Of a DNA stretch of 64,000 nucleotides, positions 10,013-18,886 are shown in pieces (the stretch's first letter is position 1; each line of letters begins with the position of its first letter). A model generated the notes under the pieces. That model was not told where the DNA came from. It did not search any database and saw only the letters and a list, made by a program, of their open reading frames with translations. A program made the position numbers and the translations under genes. Origin of the DNA: Clostridia bacterium (GTDB taxonomy: Bacteria; Bacillota; Clostridia; Christensenellales; UBA1242); NCBI GenBank assembly GCA_900767835.1, contig CAAGAO010000030.1, positions 26,766 through 90,765 on the forward strand. Reading direction: 5' to 3'.

Positions 10013-10696
10013 ATGAAAGGCAAATTAATAGTATTAGAAGGCACAGACTGTTCCGGCAAAGAGACACAAAGCAATATGCTTGTCGATTTTTTAAACAAGA
10101 ACGGATATAAAACAATTAAGGGAGCATTCCCCAATTACAACTCTCCAACAGGCAAAATAATTGCTGGAGCATATTTAGGTAAGGAAGGATATATGCAACC
10201 AGTTTTCCCAGAAGGTGCAAGTAATGTAGACCCATACTGCGCCTCACTTCTTTTTGCTATGGATAGAAAATACAACATCGGAGAGATTAACAAACATTTA
10301 GAAAATGGAGAAAATGTTGTTTTAGATAGATATATTGACTCAAATATGGCGCATCAAAGTTCTAAACTTGCACCAAACAAACAAGATAAAATGTTTCATT
10401 TTTTAGAAACCTTAGAATATGGTCTACTAGAGCTACCTAAACCAGATTATGAAACACTATTATATATGCCATCTTGGGCAAGCAAAGAGTTAAAAAAGAA
10501 TCGAGAAGAAAAACCCGACCAACACGAACAAAACGAAAATTATTTATTAAAATCTGAGAAAACTTATTTAAAAATCGCAGAGCGCAGACAAATTCCTATA
10601 ATAAATTGCACAAGTGGAAACACAATAAAAAGCAAACAAGAAATTAGCAACGAACTTTGCAATAATGTTTTAAACTATTTAAATTCTAACAAATAA
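10013..10696 (+). CDS. tmk: Thymidylate kinase-family (dTMP kinase-like) nucleotide kinase
   Basis: MKGKLIVLEGTDCSGKETQ P-loop and DRY motif. The length is about 227 aa. Confidence 0.6.
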   Translation: MKGKLIVLEGTDCSGKETQSNMLVDFLNKNGYKTIKGAFPNYNSPTGKIIAGAYLGKEGYMQPVFPEGASNVDPYCASLLFAMDRKYNIGEINKHLENGENVVLDRYIDSNMAHQSSKLAPNKQDKMFHFLETLEYGLLELPKPDYETLLYMPSWASKELKKNREEKPDQHEQNENYLLKSEKTYLKIAERRQIPIINCTSGNTIKSKQEISNELCNNVLNYLNSNK

Positions 10697-11035
10697 TTAT
10701 AGCACACATAATTTTAATAATAGTTGTACACATCAATAGTAAGTTTACCCTTTAACACCATTACAACACCAAAACTTAAAGATAAATGCAATCAAATACA
10801 TTTATCTTTTTTTATACACACATTCTACTAACATCTTCAATTTTATAAGCACAACCAACAAAACATTTAAAAATACACAAATAAAGTAATTAGAATCTTA
10901 TTGCCGTGTATTATTTTTATCACACATCAAATTTTTCTCCTAAGGCAACAAAAAAACAAACAATATAAAAAATAATCACTAAAACAATAACAAACACAAC
11001 CATTAAAATAAACATCGCTTTGCTTGCATATATTC

Positions 11036-11062
11036 AAAAAAAAACAGAGCATATTTGCTCTG
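11036..11062 (-). terminator. Intrinsic terminator of the tRNA-Met/tRNA-Glu operon
   Basis: Stem cagagca/tgctctg followed by a U-run on the minus strand. Confidence 0.6.
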
Positions 11063-11072
11063 CTATTATTAG

Positions 11073-11147
11073 TGGTGACCTCGACGGGAATCGAACCCAT
11101 AACTACGCCGTGAAAGGGCGTTGTATTAACCTTTTTACCACGAGGCC
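11073..11147 (-). tRNA. tRNA-Glu (UUC)
   Basis: Hand-folded cloverleaf with acceptor GGCCTCG/CGAGGTC, anticodon loop CTTTCAC, TPsiC GGTTCGATTCC, and an encoded CCA. Confidence 0.85.
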
Positions 11148-11153
11148 AAAAAT

Positions 11154-11230
11154 TGGTAGCGGCGAGTAGGGTCGAACCACTGACCTTACGGGTATGAACC
11201 GTACGCTCTAGCCAACTGAGCTACGCCGCC
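11154..11230 (-). tRNA. tRNA-Met (CAU), elongator type
   Basis: GGCGGCGTAGCTCAGTTGGCTAGAGCGTACGGTTCATACCCGTAAGGTC...GCCGCTACCA. The anticodon loop is TTCATAC. There is no initiator-type GGG/CCC anticodon stem. Confidence 0.8.
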
Positions 11231-11247
11231 ATATAAGTTACTTGTTT

Positions 11248-11276
11248 ATTATACTTATAGCAAGTGACTTTGTCAA
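11248..11276 (-). promoter_or_regulatory. Consensus sigma-A promoter of the tRNA operon
   Basis: The minus strand reads TTGACA-17 nt-TATAAT, about 17 nt upstream of tRNA-Met. Confidence 0.7.
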
Positions 11277-11319
11277 CACTTTTTTGCGAAAAACTTCAAA
11301 AAGTTGTATGCAGGTCATT

Positions 11320-11847
11320 CTATGCTATAGCCACACACCCTATTATAAAAGTTATATTTGAAGAAATTGAAACTAAATCCGTTGTAACCACTGCATTGTA
11401 ATCATAACTTTTTCCACTTTTGGGCCAGCCAGAAACAACCATCTCATTATTATTATTTATCTTAATTACGTAATGATTAATGTTCATTTTTTGATGCCAG
11501 CAAGTTAGCCTAAAACGAATTGAGCCTTTAACCCCATCAATCGATGCAACCAAATCATTATTTTGAATAAGATTGTACCAAGTCCCATCATCATCTGTCT
11601 GGCATTCTAAAGTCCCACAATTTGATGTCAAAAAAGAATCGCTAATAGTACCGGCATCAACTGTAAAATCACTCGACGTCCCTTTTACAAACGAAACAGT
11701 GAAACTGCTTTCGTGTTTAACATAACCAAGCGAACCAGAAATGTTAACTTGTGATACAGTTGCCGAATAAACGTTAATTACAATGGCTGATAAACACAGC
11801 GTTAAAGAAATAATATTAAAAAGAATACCAGTTTTAAATCTCTTCAT
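11320..11847 (-). CDS. Secreted or membrane-anchored protein of unknown function
   Basis: N-terminal signal/anchor (MKRFKTGILFNIISLTLCLSAIVINVYSA). A GGGAG RBS precedes the ATG at 11847. Confidence 0.55.
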   Translation of the reverse strand: MKRFKTGILFNIISLTLCLSAIVINVYSATVSQVNISGSLGYVKHESSFTVSFVKGTSSDFTVDAGTISDSFLTSNCGTLECQTDDDGTWYNLIQNNDLVASIDGVKGSIRFRLTCWHQKMNINHYVIKINNNNEMVVSGWPKSGKSYDYNAVVTTDLVSISSNITFIIGCVAIA

Positions 11848-11998
11848 AATCAAAACTCCCTTTTTTAAAGTTTTATTTAGTAAACACTCCGTAAAGTTTA
11901 TAATCTAATTTTTCATTGTTTTCAATTATTGTTGAAATGATAAATATCAAAATCTAAAAAGAAATTTAAAAATTTTACATTTCAAACCTATTATATAT

Positions 11999-12007
11999 CC
12001 CCCCCCC
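11999..12007. repeat. Homopolymeric C9 tract in the divergent intergenic region
   Basis: atatatCCCCCCCCCgcaaag. This is strongly atypical for an AT-rich sequence. Confidence 0.9.
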
Positions 12008-12190
12008 GCAAAGTCAAGCGTTTTTTCAAATTTGTAAATTTTAATCTTAAATGGTTAATTTATGGTTGAAATTTAGAATTATTTAATATCTACTTTATGT
12101 AGACAAGTATCAACTATAAAATCTTAGTATTTTTTAATCAAATTTAATCTTAATTTGTGTTATTTTGTAAAAAATGATATTATTATTTAT

Positions 12191-15100
12191 ATGAATCATT
12201 TAAATGTTTTAATTTCAAATAGCACGGAAAATATTTTCAACCACTCCTTGAAACAAATATCTCAAAATTTAAACAATTTTGAATATAACAACATAATAAT
12301 TGTTCCCGACAAATTAAGCCTATACGCGGAGCAATCAATTTTTAACGCCTTAAACATTGAAGTTTATTTTAATTTATCCGTTATGGGTATAACAAAATTT
12401 GCCAGTTTAATTTTGGAAAAGAACAATTTAAAAGCGGAGCAGTACACATCATTAGAGTCAAAACTTTTGGTTCTAAGAGCTATTCAAAATGTTTGCAAAG
12501 ATTTTAAGTGCTTTTCTAAAAATTTTACCCTTGGCTTTGTTGATGAAATTTTTGCAAAAATTGAGCAAATTAAATCTTCGCGTTGTAAGATAGAAGATTT
12601 AATTGATGAAAATGCATCTTTTGGTACAAAACTAAAATTTGAAGATATTAAATTAATTTATAATGAATATGAAAAATTGCGTGGCACTAAACTAGATGGT
12701 TGTGCCATGCTAGAACTTTTTAACAAAACTTGCACATCTTGTGAATATTTAAAAAACTGCAACATATATTTCTTAGGCTTTGACAGTTTAACAAAACAAG
12801 GGCTACAAATTTTAGAAAACGCATCAAAATTTGCAAATTATGCAACCATTTCAGTCGTTGCCCCCAGAAATCAAAACAATTTTAGATTATATGATGAAAC
12901 TTTTTTGGACTCAATTATCAATATGGCAAAACAAGCAAAAATAGAGTGTGAAACCAAATGGTATAATCTTCCATACACCAACAAGGTTAGAGATTACACC
13001 CTAAATAATTTGTTCAGTCGTAAACAAAAATATGATTTGCAAAATAATTATTACAGCATATTAAAAGCGAACTCACTAGAAGAAGAAAGTGAACTTTGCA
13101 TAAAACAAATTAATTATCTTTTAAAAACACAAAATTTAACCTTTAACGATTTTGCAATTTGTTGCAATGAAAATTATCAAAGTCACATAATAAGTCAACT
13201 AAATAGTTTAGGTATAGATACCTATTGCGACAAGAAATATAATTTATTTCAACTTGAACCTATTGCATATATTTATAACATATTCCTATATGCAACCAAA
13301 AACAATGACCAACTTTTATATAATATAATTAGCAATGATTTTTGTGAATTATCAGCCATTGAAAAAAATGAACTTTTAACAGAACTAAAAAAATATGGCA
13401 GTTTAAACAATTTATATAAATACGGCGAAATAAATTCTAACACTACAAAACTATATTTGCAAAATTTGCAAGAAATTAATAAAAAATTACCATATTTAGA
13501 TATTGTTAAAAAAATCATAGAAAATACAAATATTTTTGAAAAAATTAATCAAAAATGCGAAATTTTTGAAAAAAATAATGATATTTTATTAAATAAATTA
13601 TATATTCAAGTTGAAGACAAGTTAAATGCCACAATAGAAACTCTAGAAAATTTATTAAATAATTCAATAAATAATTTAACGGATTTTATAAACATTTTCC
13701 AAAAGATATTGACGGAAACCGAAATCGCTTCGGTTCCTAGCACAACAAATCAAGTTTTTATTGGTGACACAAAAAGTTTTTTCTTTAGCAAAAAATATTT
13801 ATTCATATTAGGAATGAACGAAGGCATTTTGCCTATCGTATTAAACGATTATGGTTTAATTAGTGATAAGGAAATTTTAAGCGAAACAATAAAAGCAAAA
13901 TTAGAGCCAACGACAAAAATAATAAACAAACGCACAAAATTTAAATTATTTGAAATTATTTTATCCGCAACAAAGCATTGCTATTTATCTTACCATTGCT
14001 ATGATAACGAAAGTAAAACCGCGCTTAAAAATGATTTCTTAAGCGAACTAGAATTTTTATTTAACATAAAAGAAACATCTTCCGACTTAATTAAAAATAT
14101 TTTTCCTAATGAAAAAAAATCAGCAGAAAAAATATGTTTTAACTCTCAAAATTGTTACTATGCAAATCTTTTACTTGGCGAAAATCAAGATGCAAAAACG
14201 GCAAGCATAATTAAATTTGCATTAACGAAAAACAATAAATTATTTTCAAAACCAAAGCAAAACAACATACAAATTGATTTTTCTAAATTATTTTTCAAAA
14301 ACAATAAGGCATCTATATCTTTAATAGAAAAATACAACTCCTGCCCTAAATGTGCATTCTTGGCAAATGGTTTAAGACTTCAAGAAATAAAAAAAGATAA
14401 AGTTGAAGCATCAATAATTGGCACATTTATTCACAAATTGGGCGAACTTTTCGTTACAAAAAACAAAGAAGTTTTAGGAAATTTATCTAGTACAGATATA
14501 CAGATTAGCGTAAAAAGCATAACACAAGAAATACTAACAAACGAAGAATATTATTCTCTTCTTTTACCTGAAAATAAATTTTTGTTAAATTTGATTTTAG
14601 ACGAAGCAAATCGCTTTTGCACTTTTTTAAACACAGAACAATCAGTTAGTGAATTTAAACCTTGCTACACCGAGCAATATTTTGGTGGAGATTATAAATT
14701 TAAACCTATTGTGCTAGATGTTGAAAATAAAGAATATTACATTTCTGGCTTTGTTGACAGAATTGATATTTGTGACAATTATTTTAGAATTATTGACTAT
14801 AAAACTGGCAACAAAACTAACAAAGGCGGAATGAGCGATTTATATATCGGTGTAGAAATTCAACTTTTTGTTTATTCAAAAGCAATAAAAGACAATTTAA
14901 ACAAGCAACTTTTTGGAGCTTTTTATTTGCCTATTAAAAATAGTTTTACAAAAAACGGCAAATCTTTGTATAGTTTTAGCGGTTTCTTTGAAGACAACCC
15001 GCAAATGGTTATAATGAGCGACAAAAATGCTTTTAATGAAGGCAAAAGCGAAATAATTGGTGCAAAATTTAAAAAACCAGATAAAAATGGAGAAATATCT

Positions 15101-15346
15101 TTATATAGCTCAAAAAATATTTTTAATGAAGAAAATTTTGACGCAATTTTAAAATATGCAGTCGAAATTGTGAGACAGTCAATAAAAGATATAAATAGTG
15201 GTTTTATTTCTTGTAGTCCAATAAACGGCAAATGCTCAAAATGTGAGTTTAGTAAAATTTGTAAGTATTCAAATGACGAAACCATAGAAAGAGAAAAAAT
15301 CACACAAATTCTAAAAGAAAAATATTTGGAGATTAACTATGACTAA
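12191..15346 (+). CDS. addB: Helicase-nuclease AddAB, subunit B (Fe-S cluster nuclease)
   Basis: C-terminal PD-(D/E)xK nuclease (GFVDRIDI...IIDYKTG). Four Cys are arranged as in the AddB iron staple (CPKCAF ... CSPINGKCSKCEFSKIC). The ATG at 12191 is preferred over the TTG at 12155. Confidence 0.85.
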   Translation: MNHLNVLISNSTENIFNHSLKQISQNLNNFEYNNIIIVPDKLSLYAEQSIFNALNIEVYFNLSVMGITKFASLILEKNNLKAEQYTSLESKLLVLRAIQNVCKDFKCFSKNFTLGFVDEIFAKIEQIKSSRCKIEDLIDENASFGTKLKFEDIKLIYNEYEKLRGTKLDGCAMLELFNKTCTSCEYLKNCNIYFLGFDSLTKQGLQILENASKFANYATISVVAPRNQNNFRLYDETFLDSIINMAKQAKIECETKWYNLPYTNKVRDYTLNNLFSRKQKYDLQNNYYSILKANSLEEESELCIKQINYLLKTQNLTFNDFAICCNENYQSHIISQLNSLGIDTYCDKKYNLFQLEPIAYIYNIFLYATKNNDQLLYNIISNDFCELSAIEKNELLTELKKYGSLNNLYKYGEINSNTTKLYLQNLQEINKKLPYLDIVKKIIENTNIFEKINQKCEIFEKNNDILLNKLYIQVEDKLNATIETLENLLNNSINNLTDFINIFQKILTETEIASVPSTTNQVFIGDTKSFFFSKKYLFILGMNEGILPIVLNDYGLISDKEILSETIKAKLEPTTKIINKRTKFKLFEIILSATKHCYLSYHCYDNESKTALKNDFLSELEFLFNIKETSSDLIKNIFPNEKKSAEKICFNSQNCYYANLLLGENQDAKTASIIKFALTKNNKLFSKPKQNNIQIDFSKLFFKNNKASISLIEKYNSCPKCAFLANGLRLQEIKKDKVEASIIGTFIHKLGELFVTKNKEVLGNLSSTDIQISVKSITQEILTNEEYYSLLLPENKFLLNLILDEANRFCTFLNTEQSVSEFKPCYTEQYFGGDYKFKPIVLDVENKEYYISGFVDRIDICDNYFRIIDYKTGNKTNKGGMSDLYIGVEIQLFVYSKAIKDNLNKQLFGAFYLPIKNSFTKNGKSLYSFSGFFEDNPQMVIMSDKNAFNEGKSEIIGAKFKKPDKNGEISLYSSKNIFNEENFDAILKYAVEIVRQSIKDINSGFISCSPINGKCSKCEFSKICKYSNDETIEREKITQILKEKYLEINYD

Positions 15347-18300
15347 AACACAAATCAAAGTACCCGAACAAGAAGACATAATCGACACCGAAGACAAAAA
15401 TATCATAGTGTCAGCATCAGCAGGAAGCGGGAAAACCTCAGTTATGATTCGTAAAATTTTTAAATATGTTTTAGAAAAAGGCTGTCATATTGATGAACTA
15501 CTTGTTTTGACATACACCAAATCGGCTGCCCTTGAAATGAAGAAAAAACTAACAAATAAAATAAAAGATAATTTAGATAAAAATCCAAATCTTCAAGAAG
15601 AACTAGATCTAATACAAACCAGCGATATTTCCACCTTTGATAGTTTTTGCCAAAAGCTGGTTAAAAAATATTTTTATATTTTAAACATTGACCCATCTTT
15701 TTCAATTCTAGACGGCTCAGACGCGTCATATTATCAAGACCAAGCACTAAACAAAGCAATAAAATCTCTAAAACAAGACACCCCTGAAGCATACGAAAGT
15801 CTACTCAATAATTTTTCTTCAACGCGTGACGAACGAACAATCAAGGCTTTAGTTTTAGAAATTTACGGATATTTGACCGCTGTATATGACGAAGACAATT
15901 TCATTGAGAAAACATATAGTTTTTATGATAAAGACAAAAAAATTGCTGAAAAAATTATAAAAAATTATTACAATAATGTCTTTGCTGAACGAATTAATAA
16001 TTTAGAAAATTTAAAACAAAAAGCTAAAAATTTTGACTTCTTGCCATATTGCGAAAATATTAGTCAAGTAATTATATTCTTAGAGCAATTAATGAGAGAA
16101 CCCGATTTAATCAAAATGTTAGATTTAATTCAAGACTTCTCTTTTACAAGAATTACAAAAATAAAGACAGACGATATAGGTCTAAGCAAAGAAATTTCTG
16201 CCGAAAAATCTTCCATAACAAAAACAATAAATTCTATAAAAGACCAATATGTTGACAAAGAAACAGTTTTAAAATCTTACGAAAAATGTGAAAATTTAAT
16301 TAAAAATCTTATAAATTTGCTGTTTTTATTCAAAAAAGAGTATTTTTTAATAAAAAAAGAGTTAAATGAATATGATTTTGACGATATTGAACGTTTCGCA
16401 ATAACCCTTCTAGAAGACGAAAAAATCAACCAAGAAATAAAAAATTCATATAAACACATTTTTGTTGACGAGTTTCAAGACGCAAACAAAGTTCAAGAAA
16501 AAATTATATTTTTACTTCAAAACAACAATTTGTTTTTTGTCGGCGATACAAAACAATCTATTTATGCCTTTAGACAATCGGACCCAGAAATATTTTTAAA
16601 CATAGAAAAAATTTTTAAGGCAGATGAAAATAGTTGTGCAAAAAAATTAAATTGCAATTTTAGAACAAACAAAAATATTTTACAATTTGTTAATGAGATT
16701 TTTAGTATCATTATGACAAGCGGTACTTGTGGAGTAAATTATAAACAAGATGCACAATTTATACCAAAAGCACAATATGAAGATGTCGACAATGAAAAGT
16801 GTGTTTCTTTAAACATAATTTTAAATGATGAGCAAGCAAAACAAGAAGCACCTAATAAGGTTTATTCCGTAAAAGAAAATTCCTTACACTCAAGCGAAAG
16901 TAATAAATTTAATACCGAAAGTTTATTTATTTGTCAAAAAATTTTAAGTTTACTTGGCGAAAAAATTTACGATAACGAAAAAGAATCTTTTAGGAAAATT
17001 ACATATAACGATATAAAGATACTGGTTTTAAAACGCGGTAAATTTTTAGACAATTTAATTAAAAATTTTAGTGATCTTAATATTCCATATATTGTAAACA
17101 TTAACCAATATTTAGAGGAATGTTACGATAACCAAGTCTTATACAATCTTATAAGACTTGCTAATAATTTTTATGACGATTACGCATTATATGCCGTTTT
17201 ATCGTCCGCACTATATAATTTTAGTGACAGTGAACTTGCATATATCAAAATGTCTTTACCAGATGAAAAATATTTTTATAATTGCATCTTAAATTTTAAT
17301 GAAAATGGGAAAATTAAAGACAAGTTAAATATTTTTTTAGACGACCTTAAAACTTTTCAATATGAATATACTTATAAGGGATTATATTTTGCCCTCGGCA
17401 ATATTGTCTACAAAACAAATTATCTTTTGACAATTTCATACGATACCGACTTTAATGAAAGAAAATCAAACATTCAAAGTTACATTAATAGTTTTATTGA
17501 TTCAAAATATAATTTTAATGTGAGTGATTATTTGCTTTATAGAGAGTCCGCAATTAGGCAAAACAAAGTCCAACCTGACAAAACCTTTTCAGATGCAGTT
17601 GAAATAACCACAATGCACTCATCAAAAGGTCTAGAATACCCTGTAGTAATTTTACCATTTTTAAATCAAGATTTTTCCAACAATGCTTCTTATAGCAATA
17701 TAGAAATAAATAAAGATTTAGGTATAGGAATAAAAAGTTATGACGAAGAAGACCGTTCGGTGTCTGGTGGTATATTTTATAATGCTTGCAATATTAAGGA
17801 AAAAGATATTGAAACTAGCGAAAAAATAAGACTTTTATATGTCGCAACAACAAGAGCGAAAAATAAACTTATTTTGTGCGGAACAAACAATAAAAAGATA
17901 AACAAACTAAAAACCGACTTACAAATTATGCATTGTAGCAATTATCTTTCATTAATTTTAGGTTCAATGCCAGAAAATATAATAGACGACATCAATGATA
18001 ATAAAGAATTTCAAACATCAATTTTTGGCAACGAAAAACTCCAACTATCGGTACAAAAAGTTCAAACCGATTTATCATCAAACAACATAATTATGCCATC
18101 ATCACAAGACGAGGAGAACATCTCACACATTGCAGAATTTTTAGATAAAGATTTAAGCATACAAAAATCAATCATCGCTTTAAAAAATGCCGTATCTGAA
18201 CTTGTTGCAGACGAGAATACAAGTCAAAATTTTGCTCCACACACATTAAGCATTAGCGAACATTTAAGTGAAAAATCAAACGATATAGGAACTCTTTATC

Positions 18301-18761
18301 ACTCGCTTTTGGAAAAAATAGATTTTTTTGATATGAATAACATTCAGGACATACAAGACTATATAGAATGTAATTATCAAGAGCACGAAATAGAAATATT
18401 TAAAAAATTAAATTATGAAAACATCTTAAAAAATATCCAAATATTAAAAAGGATAATAACTCCACAAGACAAAGTTTTAAAAGAACAAAAATTTGTTATG
18501 TGTGTTCCATACAATCAAGTATCCAACAGCCCAAATACAAGTAAAGTGTTAATCCAAGGCATTATGGACTTAATAATTATTAAAGATAATAAGATTATTT
18601 TAATCGACTACAAACTTACTCATAAAAATAAACAACAAATAATAGATACATATTATAAACAACTAGAATTATACTCTCTCGCACTGAGCAAACGCTTTAA
18701 AAATATGCAAATAGAAAGACTAATTTTAAACCTTTACCAAGGCGAAATCATCAATATTTAA
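15339..18761 (+). CDS. addA: Helicase-nuclease AddAB, subunit A (UvrD/Rep-type helicase plus nuclease)
   Basis: SASAGSGKTS Walker A, VDEFQD, TMHSSKGLEYPVV, and a C-terminal nuclease (GIMDLIII...LIDYK). It overlaps addB by 8 nt. Confidence 0.9.
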   Translation: MTKTQIKVPEQEDIIDTEDKNIIVSASAGSGKTSVMIRKIFKYVLEKGCHIDELLVLTYTKSAALEMKKKLTNKIKDNLDKNPNLQEELDLIQTSDISTFDSFCQKLVKKYFYILNIDPSFSILDGSDASYYQDQALNKAIKSLKQDTPEAYESLLNNFSSTRDERTIKALVLEIYGYLTAVYDEDNFIEKTYSFYDKDKKIAEKIIKNYYNNVFAERINNLENLKQKAKNFDFLPYCENISQVIIFLEQLMREPDLIKMLDLIQDFSFTRITKIKTDDIGLSKEISAEKSSITKTINSIKDQYVDKETVLKSYEKCENLIKNLINLLFLFKKEYFLIKKELNEYDFDDIERFAITLLEDEKINQEIKNSYKHIFVDEFQDANKVQEKIIFLLQNNNLFFVGDTKQSIYAFRQSDPEIFLNIEKIFKADENSCAKKLNCNFRTNKNILQFVNEIFSIIMTSGTCGVNYKQDAQFIPKAQYEDVDNEKCVSLNIILNDEQAKQEAPNKVYSVKENSLHSSESNKFNTESLFICQKILSLLGEKIYDNEKESFRKITYNDIKILVLKRGKFLDNLIKNFSDLNIPYIVNINQYLEECYDNQVLYNLIRLANNFYDDYALYAVLSSALYNFSDSELAYIKMSLPDEKYFYNCILNFNENGKIKDKLNIFLDDLKTFQYEYTYKGLYFALGNIVYKTNYLLTISYDTDFNERKSNIQSYINSFIDSKYNFNVSDYLLYRESAIRQNKVQPDKTFSDAVEITTMHSSKGLEYPVVILPFLNQDFSNNASYSNIEINKDLGIGIKSYDEEDRSVSGGIFYNACNIKEKDIETSEKIRLLYVATTRAKNKLILCGTNNKKINKLKTDLQIMHCSNYLSLILGSMPENIIDDINDNKEFQTSIFGNEKLQLSVQKVQTDLSSNNIIMPSSQDEENISHIAEFLDKDLSIQKSIIALKNAVSELVADENTSQNFAPHTLSISEHLSEKSNDIGTLYHSLLEKIDFFDMNNIQDIQDYIECNYQEHEIEIFKKLNYENILKNIQILKRIITPQDKVLKEQKFVMCVPYNQVSNSPNTSKVLIQGIMDLIIIKDNKIILIDYKLTHKNKQQIIDTYYKQLELYSLALSKRFKNMQIERLILNLYQGEIINI

Positions 18762-18774
18762 TAGGTAAAAATTA

Positions 18775-18818
18775 ATTATTGAAAAATTATTGAAAAATTA
18801 TTGAAAAATTATTGAAAA
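18775..18818 (+). repeat. Four exact tandem copies of the 11-bp unit attattgaaaa, upstream of the 899-aa gene
   Basis: Read directly from the sequence. Each unit carries a TTGAAA (-35-like) hexamer. An extended -10 (TGtTATACT) follows at 18843-18851. Confidence 0.9.
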
Positions 18819-18886
18819 ATATTAGTTAAAATTATTTTTGTATGTTATACTAATTACGAAAAACTAATTTTAGTGAGGAGAAAACT

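Noticed and set aside
10920-11015. 31-aa very hydrophobic minus-strand ORF (MFILMVVFVIVLVIIFYIVCFFVALGEKFDV) next to the tRNA operon terminator; possible type I toxin
   Set aside because: It has no recognisable RBS or promoter. The minus strand here is extremely T-rich, which generates F/I/L/V ORFs by chance. It is kept only as a note.
12155-12190. Track start of addB at the TTG at 12155, and similar upstream alternative starts (mreB 1617, ArsR 9447, 428-aa 22135, 780-aa 25880, 339-aa 26901, T4CP 41179, DUF1273 62893)
   Set aside because: In each case a downstream ATG or GTG is preceded by a better-spaced Shine-Dalgarno sequence, and the N-terminal extension is non-conserved-looking. Those start calls carry the usual uncertainty.
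18775-18818. The tandem repeat considered as a CRISPR array
   Set aside because: The units are 11 bp, contiguous and without spacers, so this is a simple tandem repeat. No CRISPR-like repeat-spacer structure or cas gene is visible anywhere in the window.
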